From assembly GCA_041661765.1 (NCBI GenBank), contig JBAZTV010000003.1, positions 143,914 through 207,913 of the forward strand: DNA of 64,000 bases. The letters are read 5' to 3'. Shown here one piece after another: positions 49,801 to 59,600 of this stretch (position 1 is the stretch's first letter; every line of letters begins with the position of its first letter). Under the pieces are notes generated by a model, which ran no database searches, was not told the origin of the DNA, and saw only the letters and a list, made by a program, of their open reading frames with translations. Made by a program: the position numbers and the translations under genes. Source of the stretch: Candidatus Shapirobacteria bacterium (GTDB lineage: Bacteria; Patescibacteriota; Microgenomatia; UBA12405).

Positions 49801-51809
49801 AATTCGACGAAGGCTACGGCACCACCACCTCAAATTGGGGCAACGGTGGTTCTGCTTTAAATGGAACATTAACTAATATGGCTTCACCTGCTATTACAAC
49901 TTCCGGATGGAATAATTCTGGAAAATTTGGAAAAGCACTTTCATTTGATGCGTCGGATGATTATGTAGATGCAGGTAATGCAGCGAGTTTGACTTTTGGT
50001 TCAGGTCAAAGTTTTACTTATGGAGCTTGGATATATAGTAAAAACCCTCTTGGACGTTGGCAAGGAGTTGTTTATCATGGAGATGTTGGTCAATCTCAAG
50101 GACATTTAGGACTTAATCCCTCAGGCCAACTCTCAGGTGGGACAGGAGATGGCAGCAGTTGGCAAACTCATGAAACAAGCTATTTAATTCCACAAAATAG
50201 GTGGACATATGTTGCTATTGTTTTAAATAGAAACTCAAACATATTAAAATTTTATGCAAATGGTGTTGAGGTAGGAAGCTATTCACATAGTTATGTTCCT
50301 TCGGCGCCAACCATTGGTTTAAGAATAGGAGATGGTAATACGGGTGGTTCAGAACATTTTGATGGTCTCGTTGACGAAGTCAAAATCTACAATTATGCTC
50401 TCACCGCCGATGAAATCAAACAAGATTATAACCAAAGTTCTGCCCTACAAATGGGACAAACTTCTCAAACCATCAGCGGCACCACCACCTCTCTCGATTA
50501 TTGCATCCCCGGCGATACTTCAGCCTGCGCCTCCCCCGTCGCCGAATATAAAATGGATGAAGGCATCGGCACCACCGCTTACGACACCAGTGGTAATAAT
50601 ATAAACGCTGGATTTAATAGTACTCCAACATGGACCCAAGGAAAAATCGGAAAATCATTAAATTTCAATGGCACAACAAATTATTTAACCAACACCAGAA
50701 AAGTTATCACTGGAGGTTTAACCTTTGGGGTTTGGATTAAAACCACCAGCACCGATTCTACTACTACTTATGATGGAAACGCAGCCCAAAATATAATTGG
50801 TGATTCTACTGGCGGTGTCGCTCTTGGTTTTGGAGTTCATGGAGGAAAAGTACGATATCAACACTATACCAGTGCTTGGTATAGTGTTTTAGGTTCAACC
50901 TCAGTCAATGATGGTCTATGGCACTACATCAGCGTCACTCACAATTCATCAACTGGAGCTATTGTTATTTATGTTGATGGCAAACAAGATGGCAGCGGAA
51001 CTCTTGCATATAACGGATCAAGTGCTTATGATATCATCGCTCGTGGTTATGGCGGAGATTATTTTACTGGACAATTAGACCAAATTCGCATCTACAACTA
51101 CGTTCGCACCCCCGCCCAAATCGCCTACGATTACAATAAAGGCGGACCAGTTGGTTGGTGGAAATTTGACGAATGCCAAGGCAATGTTGCCTACGATTGG
51201 AGCGGAGTCGGCAACACCGGCACCATTATTATTGGCGCCTCGGGCACCCAAAATTCCCTTGGTACTTGTGCTGTCGGCACTTCCGCCGCCTGGACCAACG
51301 GCACCAGTGGAAAAATTAATTCTAGTTTAAATTTTGATGGAGTGGATGATGTCGTAGATATTGCAGACAATGCGACCTTAAATGGAACCTCTTTTACTTT
51401 TTCGGCTTGGATATACAGTAATAATTTTAATCAAGAACAAGTATTATTCTCTAATACAAACGCTAGTATTGGATGGCACATTGAAGTTTATCAAGGTAAA
51501 ACAGTAATGCAAGTTTGGCCCGGAGGTGGTTACACAACCTCAATAAAAACCATGTCAAATAATACTTGGTACCACATCGTAATAACTTACAATAATGGTT
51601 CAATTATTTACTATCTCAATGGAGCTCCAAATGGTACTGCTACTCAAACATTTTCTGTCCCTACTGGTCTTACTAAAAGAATAGGACTTTTCTACAATGG
51701 TACTTATCCTTTTGTTGGCAAAATTGATGATGTTCGCATCTACAATTACACTCTAACCTCAGAACAAATAAAAACTCTTTATAACGGCGGAGCGGTTTCG
51801 TTTAACTAA
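46815..51809 (+). CDS. Giant membrane-anchored surface protein 1 (about 1664 aa from ATG 46815; the ORF opens at GTG 46803). N-terminal TM, DUF2341-like domain, then about 6 LamG/Concanavalin-A-like modules.
   Basis: TM LLIILFFLLIGVVVLWKFVL. WWNDGWNYRKAVSI...DFQV...DCDDIRVTDINGNLLPYWIE...IWIKANSLP...IYIYYGN matches the DUF2341 pattern. Repeated modules GPI(A/G)YWKFDEG.G..A.D.S...N.G..... W..GK.G.AL.FDG.DD... with conserved linkers (K/R)IYNYARTPAQIAYDYNKG and KIYPYARTADQIKLDYNSRGSS. Confidence 0.85.
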   Translation: MKSKKLDINNWSYKSLLIILFFLLIGVVVLWKFVLPNHKVEASWWNDGWNYRKAVSISNTSGSDLTDFQVSLSIGTSALIASGKMQSDCDDIRVTDINGNLLPYWIEENNPGCNQLTDTKIWIKANSLPVSDATIYIYYGNTSAPSSQSGTNTFEFFDDFNDASKTNTNWTATGTGYTITGGNLYHSTTLEPTNNFTSYTINNSSGFTNGIIESRMKPASCGNSYGKSIIARYTDDNNQYIAGLEAWTGGYTHIGRRVSSTWTNIDQDILACSTSTWYQLKWTLNGSNQYLTINGVASSGVDTNLSSGKVGVSVDNRETATGAYWDYIFTHKYSSVEPTASLQSEEAGGGPIAYWKFDEGTGNNAYDSSSQNNTGSMLSAPIWKNESECVSGKCLAFDNVDDGVSINKNFVGLTDYTMSAWVNIKGTHQHYTGAIMSSGDWNTQYWVFGISQANDAINMCAGSCSINYAFQLNKWTHVTVTRSGSQYTLYINGKNSGTYSGSSSALVSSATNTTIGRETYGGGYFAFNGWIDEPKIYPYARTADQIKLDYNSRGSSKGTSANLGGAGTDNNLSNGLVGYWKMDEGTMGSGTTFTDSSGNGNTGTGVSSVAVSTGEFGNGVDIPGPGGSGLGSVINVNDSDSLDIGYTTPMTISFWLNADSTACGAIIKKSGLWEIYRCSANLTIRFDGYDQGSSFNLNNGQWYLVTMTRDPSTNTTKVYINGQQTDSWTYTIGTPNYSGGMGIGAYNGGSYAIDGKLDEVRVYNRALSPSEVSQLYEFAPGPIGYWDFNEASGTVANDKSGNGKNLTTYNSPIWNQGKIGSALDFNGSTQYARRTSETSFQRVNGQEISVSVWIYPKRLGGQYQDIVANRSSSGLNWLIYQHTTDGSIQFHGSAQNKSTYIPPLNQWTHIETTIDAVGNYKLYANGQIVQSLTGYTFGTSGITELTVGNFSANEYYLGKIDEVKIYNYARTQKQIIEDMNANHPAVSANSAIAYYKFDEGYGTTTSNWGNGGSALNGTLTNMASPAITTSGWNNSGKFGKALSFDASDDYVDAGNAASLTFGSGQSFTYGAWIYSKNPLGRWQGVVYHGDVGQSQGHLGLNPSGQLSGGTGDGSSWQTHETSYLIPQNRWTYVAIVLNRNSNILKFYANGVEVGSYSHSYVPSAPTIGLRIGDGNTGGSEHFDGLVDEVKIYNYALTADEIKQDYNQSSALQMGQTSQTISGTTTSLDYCIPGDTSACASPVAEYKMDEGIGTTAYDTSGNNINAGFNSTPTWTQGKIGKSLNFNGTTNYLTNTRKVITGGLTFGVWIKTTSTDSTTTYDGNAAQNIIGDSTGGVALGFGVHGGKVRYQHYTSAWYSVLGSTSVNDGLWHYISVTHNSSTGAIVIYVDGKQDGSGTLAYNGSSAYDIIARGYGGDYFTGQLDQIRIYNYVRTPAQIAYDYNKGGPVGWWKFDECQGNVAYDWSGVGNTGTIIIGASGTQNSLGTCAVGTSAAWTNGTSGKINSSLNFDGVDDVVDIADNATLNGTSFTFSAWIYSNNFNQEQVLFSNTNASIGWHIEVYQGKTVMQVWPGGGYTTSIKTMSNNTWYHIVITYNNGSIIYYLNGAPNGTATQTFSVPTGLTKRIGLFYNGTYPFVGKIDDVRIYNYTLTSEQIKTLYNGGAVSFN

Positions 51810-51978
51810 TTTTCCCCTCCTTGTCAAAATCCCTCTAAATCTCCCTTTGACTTAAAGGGAGACTTTAAAAAAAATTATTATCCCCTCCTTTAAGTCAAAG
51901 GAGGGGTAGGGGTGGATTTTGAAGAAAGGGAGGATACCGGTTTATCCGGAGGAAGGATTCAAATGTTAAACTAAATTA

Positions 51979-54900
51979 GTGTCCAAACTTTCTTACAAAA
52001 CCCTTTTAATAATTCTCTTTTTTCTATTAATTGGTGTTATTGTTTTATGGAAATTTGTATTACCCAATCATAAAGTAGAAGCTAGTTGGTGGAATGATGG
52101 TTGGAATTATCGAGTCGCTGTTAATATCGGTAACACTGGCAGTTCACTCACTAATTTTCAAATCCCCATCAGCGTTGGAACATCTGCTCTAATTAATTCC
52201 AGTAAAATGCAATCCGATTGCGATGATATTCGTGTCGTTGATCAAAATGGTAATTTATTAACTTACTGGGTATCTGGCTGTGGTACCACTTCCACTCAAA
52301 TATGGCCTAAAATACCATCAATTCCCAATGGCGGCGCCACCGTTTATGTTTATTATGGCAATCCTTCAGCCACCTCAGTCAAATCCACCGTTGGCACCAG
52401 TGATTATCCTGGATTAAGTTGTAAATCAATTTTAGATGCCGGCAATTCCACTGGTAATAATACTTATTGGATTGATCCAACCAACGGTAACATTTCCGAT
52501 AAATTTCAAGCCTATTGCGATATGACCAATGATTCTGGCGGTTGGATGTTAGTCACCCAAAGTATGATTAGTAGTGAAGTTGGAACTTCCGTCACCACTA
52601 CAAAAACAACTAATATAAATGGCGGAGTCGATATTTCTAATTCAATCACTCATTCAGGATGTGGAGCCAGTATTTATCATCGAGTTTTATTTACAGATAT
52701 TATTCCCTGGACTAAAATTAAAGCCGACTATGAATTTTTGGGTGGTAATTCTTGTTGGAGTATCTTTGGAAATACTAGCTATACAGGTGGTAGCACTAAT
52801 TTAATTGCTTTTAGTTCAGGCACTGATACCATCCATAATCAAGTAAAAATGGGTGGATCAAATGGTGATAATTATGATGGTATTAACTCTCGTTGCGATA
52901 ACGAAACTTTTAATTTTTGGCATTCCAATCAAGGTGTTGGCACCACCAGAAGTGCTCAAGTTATCTTAAGAAGAAACAGTATGTCTTCTCTGGCTGGTCT
53001 TGGAACCGGAGCTGCTTGTAGTACTGCTGGTTATCCTTGGAAATATAAAAATATTTATGTTCGTGAAGATGTCATGACTTTTGCCGCCACTGCCGGAACC
53101 CCAGCCACTGAAGAAGTCGGCGGTGGCCCAATTGCTTATTGGAAATTCGACGAAGGCACCGGCACCACCGCTTACGATTCAACCACTAATCAAAATAACG
53201 GCATATTCAGCACCGGATCCTCTGCCCCCACTTGGCAAATCGAAGATCAATGTATTTCTGGAAAATGCCTATCCTTTAATAATGTAATGGGTAATAAAAT
53301 AAGCAGTAATTTTCGATATGACAATAATCAATATTTCACCATATCAGCCTTTATTAAACCAACCAGCACCAGTTCTTTCAAAATTATTGCTGGTACTGCC
53401 ATTGGAAATAATATTAACAGTGGATTAACCTTAAACGTTAACAATCTCTGTTTTCATGATTATTCTACTTTCAGCGGCGACAGAGAAATTTGTTCGTCCA
53501 ATAATCCTATTCAACTTAACACATGGCAACACATCGCCCTCATTTACAGTAATGGATCACTCGAATTATTTGTTAATGGAAAAAGTGTTAAAACCGGTTC
53601 ATTTACCATTACCAGTTCTGGCAACACTACTTTAATAGGAGGTTCATCAGCTTTCGATTATAGTGGTGGTCGATTTTTTAGTGGTTTCATTGATGATATT
53701 AAAATCTATCCCTACGCCCGCACTGCAGATCAAATCAAATTAGACTACAACTCTCGCGGATCTTCTAATGGTTCCTCCGTTAATCTCGGAGTCCAATCTT
53801 CCACCGCTCCTGATCTAAATTCTAAACTAATCGGTTATTATAAATTCGACGAAGGCAACGGAAACAATATTAATAACACTAAGTCAACATCTTATGATGG
53901 AACCAAATACAACACCACCAATTGGGATAATAATGGTAAATATAATAAAGCTTTATGGTTTGATGGCACTACCGCTCAATTAATTATTAATAATACTAGT
54001 GGATGGAGAAACAATGGTAACGACATGTCTTTATCAATTTGGATAAAACCCGATTCTTCTGATGATGGTGGTTATATTTTTTCAAAACCCTGGAATGGTA
54101 GTGGCGGTTACAATTATGGATTAACATCAAGTGGTGGAGCTAATCCATCATTTTCTTTTACTCTTACCGGCGCTTCTAGTTTTAGCTTAGGATCAAATAA
54201 AACTGTATCCAGTAATCAATGGCATCAAATAATTATAACTGTCAACAATACCACCAAATTAGTCAAATTTTACATCGATGGAAAAATTACAAATAGTAAT
54301 ACTCACACCATCACCGATTGGACACCTAGTGGTGGAGATGTTAGTGTTAATTTCGTTTTAGGTTGTATCTATCCATATGCAAGCAATTCTTGTGCCGGAG
54401 CTACCACCTATGACTTTAAAGGTTATATGGATGAATTTAAATATTACAATACAGTTTTAACCGACGAAGAAGTTAAACAAGATTATAACCAAGGATCGGC
54501 AATTTCTTTTGGTTCTACCAATCAAACCATCGGCGGCACCACCACTTCACTAGAATATTGCATTCCCGGCGATACGTCAACATGTTTAGCACCAGTCGCC
54601 GAATGGAAAATGGACGAAAAAACTGGCATCACCGTCAAAGACACCAGCGGCAATAATAATAACGGAACTATTACTGGCGCCACTTGGACCACTGGCCAAA
54701 TTGGCGCTGGTTTAAAATTTTCCGGCTCAGGCCAAGCTGTATCTGTTGTAGACAATTCCACGTTAAAACCAACCGCCGCCATCACCACTGAGGCTTGGTT
54801 TAATACTATCGATAAAACTGTTACCAGCCAAAGAATATTATCCAAAACCGAAGGTAGCGGCTATCAACTTAGTATTAATGAAAACAGTGCTTGTCCATCC

Positions 54901-55908
54901 AGTACTTTATGTTTTTTAATCAATATTAATGGTACCTATTATTCCGCTACTTACGCCAGTAGTAATTTATCTAATAACACTTGGTATCATATTGCCGGAT
55001 CTTATGATGGTACAACAGTTAAATTATTTCTAAATGGTTCCAATATTGGCACCACTGCCACAATTAGTAATACTATTACTCAAGCCGCTTACAATTTATG
55101 CATTGGTAGTGAAACCGATGCTGGATCTTGCACTTCTGGATTTTTTAATGGCAAAATTGATCATGTCAAAATCTACGACTATGCCCGCACCCCCGCCCAA
55201 ATCGCCTACGACTACAATAAAGGTGCCCCAGTTGGATGGTGGAAACTCGACGATTGCCAGGGTTTGACCGCGTTTGACTCATCTGGATTAGGAAATAATG
55301 GTGCCATTTCCATCGGCCCCAGTGGAACTCAAAACTCTGCCGGCACTTGTCAAATCGGCACTTCCGCCGCCTGGACCAATGGCGCCACTGGAAAAATTAA
55401 TTCTAGTTTAAATTTTGATGGCAATGATGATTATATTTCAACTTCATATATATCAGGTATTCAATCATTTATTACCATTAGTGCATGGATCAAACCAAAC
55501 GCATTAACCAGTACATACGAAATTTCAAATCAAGGCCAATGGGACGGAGGACCTTGGACAGGTTGGCGATTCAGACAAATAAATAATTATATTAACTTTA
55601 AACTTGGCGATAACACTTCTAATGCATATGAAGCATCAGGTGGAACACTTATACAAAATAGTTGGCAACATGTAGTTGGAATTTGGGATGGCAGCTATAT
55701 TCGTTTATATATAAATGGTAAAGAAGTAGTTAAAACTGCTAAATCATTCACTTATGTTGGAAATACTGGTTCTCATTCAATAGGTAAATATGGCGGATCT
55801 GCATATTTTTTTAAAGGCCAAATTGACGATCTTCGCATCTACAACTACGCTCTCACTCCAGAACAAGTCAAAACTGTTTTTAATAATGGAGCGGTGAATT
55901 TTCAATAA
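51979..55908 (+). CDS. Giant surface protein 2 (1309 aa). Same architecture, with a unique ~230-aa insert carrying a fibrinogen-related-like motif. The N-terminus is degenerate: no ATG, first possible start GTG.
   Basis: Shares TM plus DUF2341-like N-terminus and the C-terminal ...IDDLRIYNYALTPEQVKTVFNNGAVNF. Insert: GLSCKSILDAGNSTGNNTYWIDPTNGNISDKFQAYCDMTNDSGGWMLVTQ. Upstream ATG 51963 is out of frame and followed by a stop. Confidence 0.8.
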   Translation: MSKLSYKTLLIILFFLLIGVIVLWKFVLPNHKVEASWWNDGWNYRVAVNIGNTGSSLTNFQIPISVGTSALINSSKMQSDCDDIRVVDQNGNLLTYWVSGCGTTSTQIWPKIPSIPNGGATVYVYYGNPSATSVKSTVGTSDYPGLSCKSILDAGNSTGNNTYWIDPTNGNISDKFQAYCDMTNDSGGWMLVTQSMISSEVGTSVTTTKTTNINGGVDISNSITHSGCGASIYHRVLFTDIIPWTKIKADYEFLGGNSCWSIFGNTSYTGGSTNLIAFSSGTDTIHNQVKMGGSNGDNYDGINSRCDNETFNFWHSNQGVGTTRSAQVILRRNSMSSLAGLGTGAACSTAGYPWKYKNIYVREDVMTFAATAGTPATEEVGGGPIAYWKFDEGTGTTAYDSTTNQNNGIFSTGSSAPTWQIEDQCISGKCLSFNNVMGNKISSNFRYDNNQYFTISAFIKPTSTSSFKIIAGTAIGNNINSGLTLNVNNLCFHDYSTFSGDREICSSNNPIQLNTWQHIALIYSNGSLELFVNGKSVKTGSFTITSSGNTTLIGGSSAFDYSGGRFFSGFIDDIKIYPYARTADQIKLDYNSRGSSNGSSVNLGVQSSTAPDLNSKLIGYYKFDEGNGNNINNTKSTSYDGTKYNTTNWDNNGKYNKALWFDGTTAQLIINNTSGWRNNGNDMSLSIWIKPDSSDDGGYIFSKPWNGSGGYNYGLTSSGGANPSFSFTLTGASSFSLGSNKTVSSNQWHQIIITVNNTTKLVKFYIDGKITNSNTHTITDWTPSGGDVSVNFVLGCIYPYASNSCAGATTYDFKGYMDEFKYYNTVLTDEEVKQDYNQGSAISFGSTNQTIGGTTTSLEYCIPGDTSTCLAPVAEWKMDEKTGITVKDTSGNNNNGTITGATWTTGQIGAGLKFSGSGQAVSVVDNSTLKPTAAITTEAWFNTIDKTVTSQRILSKTEGSGYQLSINENSACPSSTLCFLININGTYYSATYASSNLSNNTWYHIAGSYDGTTVKLFLNGSNIGTTATISNTITQAAYNLCIGSETDAGSCTSGFFNGKIDHVKIYDYARTPAQIAYDYNKGAPVGWWKLDDCQGLTAFDSSGLGNNGAISIGPSGTQNSAGTCQIGTSAAWTNGATGKINSSLNFDGNDDYISTSYISGIQSFITISAWIKPNALTSTYEISNQGQWDGGPWTGWRFRQINNYINFKLGDNTSNAYEASGGTLIQNSWQHVVGIWDGSYIRLYINGKEVVKTAKSFTYVGNTGSHSIGKYGGSAYFFKGQIDDLRIYNYALTPEQVKTVFNNGAVNFQ

Positions 55909-55948
55909 TTTATAAACTCACCCTACCCTCCTTTAAAATAGGGAACAA

Positions 55949-56395
55949 TTATTTATTGTTTAAAACCCTCCGCCCTTTGGGCACCTCCCTTGACAGGGAG
56001 GCTTTTCTTTCTTGAATATTTTTTATTATTTCATTTTTAACTTTTTCCAATTCATTTAATATTTCTTTGTTTTTAAATCTTATGGTTTTAATATTTAAAC
56101 AATTTAAAAATTTATCTCTCTTTGAGTCTTGTTCTTGTTTTTTAAGATGATATCCACCATCAATTTCGATCACTAATAATAATTCAGAACAATAAAAATC
56201 TAAAATAAATCTGTCTAATGGTTTTTGTCTGGTAAATTTATAATTCATTGGTCTATTTTTCAAGAATTCATACCAAATTTTTGATTCAGCTTTAGTCATT
56301 TTATGTCTATTTATTTTGGCTGCCCATCTTAATTGTTCCAAATATTTTAAATTTCCCTTTTGAGTCATTATTTCAACACATGTAATATCTCTCAC
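55949..56395 (-). CDS. DUF559 endonuclease-domain protein. Paralog of 41052-41462. The 3' end reads into a flanking hairpin repeat.
   Basis: KAESKIWYEFLKNRPMNYKFTRQKPLDRFILDFYCSELLLVIEIDGGYH...DSKRDKFLNCLNIKTIRFKN. Flanked by inverted copies of aaaaccctccg..cacctcccttgacagggaggctt at 55961-56005 and 56408-56462. Confidence 0.8.
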   Translation of the reverse strand: MRDITCVEIMTQKGNLKYLEQLRWAAKINRHKMTKAESKIWYEFLKNRPMNYKFTRQKPLDRFILDFYCSELLLVIEIDGGYHLKKQEQDSKRDKFLNCLNIKTIRFKNKEILNELEKVKNEIIKNIQERKASLSREVPKGRRVLNNK

Positions 56396-56632
56396 AAATA
56401 ATTATTAGGATTTAAAGCCTCCCTGTCAAGGGAGGTGGCGAGTGAAACGAGACGGAGGGTTTTGAATTAAAAATGAATCCCCTCCCCATGTTATCCTTTT
56501 TATATATAATGCCTCGTAAAAAACCCTTTCAAAATCCCTCTAAGTCTCCCTTTGACTTAAAGGGAGACTTTAAAAACAAAATTTTATTATCCCCTCCTTT
56601 AAGTCAAAGGAGGGGTAGGGGTGGATTTTGAC

Positions 56633-59600
56633 ATGAAATCAAAAAAATTAGATATTAATAATTGGTCAGTAAAGAGTTTATTAATTATTTTATTTTTCTT
56701 ATTAATTAGTATTGTTATTCTTTGGAAATTTGTCTTACCAAATCATAAAGTAGAGGCTAGTTGGTGGAATGATGGTTGGAATTATAGGAAAGCGGTTAGT
56801 ATTAGTAATACTGGTGCTGCTCAAACCAACACCCAAATTAAAATCCTTAATAATTATGATCTAAGTGCTCTAGTTACTGCTGGAAAAATTCAAGCCGATT
56901 TAGACGATTTAAGATTTACTGACATCAATGGAAATTTACTAAATTATTGGATTGAAGATTCCACTAATAATAGTGTTGATATTTGGGGTGTTGTTTCTTC
57001 ACTTCCAACATCAGGTACTACTATTTATATGTATTATGGAAATCCTTCAGCAACCAGTGTCAGTAGCACTTCAAATATAACCATCGGTGGCACAATGACA
57101 TCTATCGGTGGCTATCGTATTCACACATTTACTAGTAATGGAACCTTAACAAACGCCAATAATACCAATGCCGAAGTTTTAGTTGTCGCCGGTGGCGGCG
57201 GCGGCGGATCTTCATCTGGTGTTGGTGATGGTGGTAGTGGCGGCGGAGGCGCTGGAGGTCTAACCTATAATTCATCTTATGCCCTAACTCAAGGACAAAT
57301 TATTAATATCACTGTTGGTGTCGGTGGAACCAATGGTGCCACTTCTTCACATCAATCAGGGACAGATGGTGGCAATTCTATTTTTGGAGCTATTACTACA
57401 AACGGTGGTGGAGGCGGTGGAACCACTGGTGTAAATGGTCGACCTGGGGGTTCCGGTGGTGGCGGTGGTTACAATGGTTATACTACCATTCGCTATGGTG
57501 GAAGTGGTGTTGTTGGAATTGGAAATTCAGGTGGAGCTACTACTGATTTAGCTTCAGCATCAGGAGCTGGTGGAGGTGGAGCCGGAGGAGTTGGTGGAAA
57601 TAATATAACAGGTCATGTTGGAGGAAATGGTGGTTTAGGAATTAATTATTCTATAACTGGAATCGGGGTAACCTATGCCAGTGGTGGTCGTGGCGGCGGC
57701 GGCGCCGCCCCTGTTAACAAAACAGCCAATACTGGTAATGGCGGTGATGGAGCTTATTCTACCAGTATACCCACCAGTGGTGCTTCCGGCATTGTTGTCG
57801 TCAGATTTTTATCTGGAACCGCCAGCACCCCTTCCACCGAAGAAGCCGGCGGTGGCCCAATTGCTTATTGGAAATTCGACGAAGGCACCGGCACTTCTGC
57901 TTATAATTCAACTACAAGCAACCATAATGGTGCTCTTCAAAACGGAACTTCTTGGGCCTCTGAAGATCAATGTGTTTCAGGAAAATGTTTAAAATTTGAT
58001 GGAGTAAATGATTATGTTAGTGCTGGGGTTGGAACCGATTATCTCCCCATGAATACTTTTTCTATATGTGCTTGGGCAAAATCTCCAGGCCTTGCCTCTG
58101 GTATGAGTTTAAATGGAATAATAAGTTACACCTATGGTTTAACAATGTCCATTGACGGATCTGGACATTTTCTTAGTAGAGTAGATGATGGATCAAATAT
58201 AGTTGGTGTAACTGAATCATCTCAAAATCTTTATGATAATAAATTTCATCATCTATGTTTTACATTTGATGGTACTAATCGTTATATGTATATTGACGGT
58301 AAATTAAAAGTAACAACCGCAACTACATGGAACAATAGATATTCAAGTAATTCAGTAAATATCGGACACGAAAACAATAATTCACCTATTTATAAATTTA
58401 ATGGTTTCATTGATGAACCAAAAATTTATCCCTACGCCCGCACCGCCGCTCAAATCAAACTCGACTACAATTCCCGCGGTTCTTCCAAAGGCACTTCCGC
58501 CAATCTCGGATCCGCCGCTAGTGATAATAATTTATCTGATGGATTAGTCGGTTATTGGAAAATGGACGAAAATACAGGCATAAGTATTACTGATAGTTCA
58601 GGATTAGGTTACACCGGAATTTTTGGAACTGGAGATTCTGCTCCTTCTTGGTCAAGTGGAAAATTCGGGGTTGGCACCAGTTTTGACGGTAGTAATGATT
58701 ATATTGACGCCGGAAATGTTTTAAATATGGGCACTAATGATATGACCATATCAACGTGGATAAAAACCACCAATTCTAGTTCCACTGCTCAATATATAGT
58801 AAGTAAATCTTTAGCCGCTGCTCAAAATTATCGCTATGGTATTTTTACTAGAAATGGTACTGCTGGAATTTTTATGCAAGGTGACGGTGGAGCTGATGTT
58901 GTGGTTTATGGTACTAAAAATATAGCCGATGGAAATTGGCATAATATTACATATATTTTTAACAGAGATGATAAAGCCGATATTTATGTTGATGGAATTT
59001 ACGATGTGGGGCAAACAATATCTCAATGGAACGGAAAAAATATGGTTTCTATTAATCCTTTTAGGATCGGTGCCTACACTGCAGCTGACAACACAGGTAT
59101 TACTTCCTCATTTAGTGGTTTTATAGATGAAACTCGAGTTTACAACCGCGCCCTTTCCCCCACTGAAGTTTCTCAACTTTACGAATTCGCCCCCGGACCA
59201 ATTTTTTATTGGGATTTTAACGAAGGAATCGGTACCACTGCTTTTGACAAACAAAACCACACAAATTTACCTATTTCAAATGCCACCTATACATCGGGTA
59301 AATATGGCGGTGGATTAAATTTCAATGGAAATGCTTGGTTAGAAAAATCAATTTCTCCATCAATTGCCGCCGCTCAAGATTATACCCAATGTCTTTGGTT
59401 TAACACTTCAACCAATGCCACTAGACAAATATTAATTGATGATTCTAATCAATGGGAACATTGGATCGCTATTAACACCAATAAAACAATTTCTGGTTGT
59501 TATTATAATGCTTCTCAAATGTGTGCCACTTCTACTAACATCATTAATTTAAACACCTGGAATTATGTTTGTTTAGCCGTTCAATCTGGACAAAAAATGA

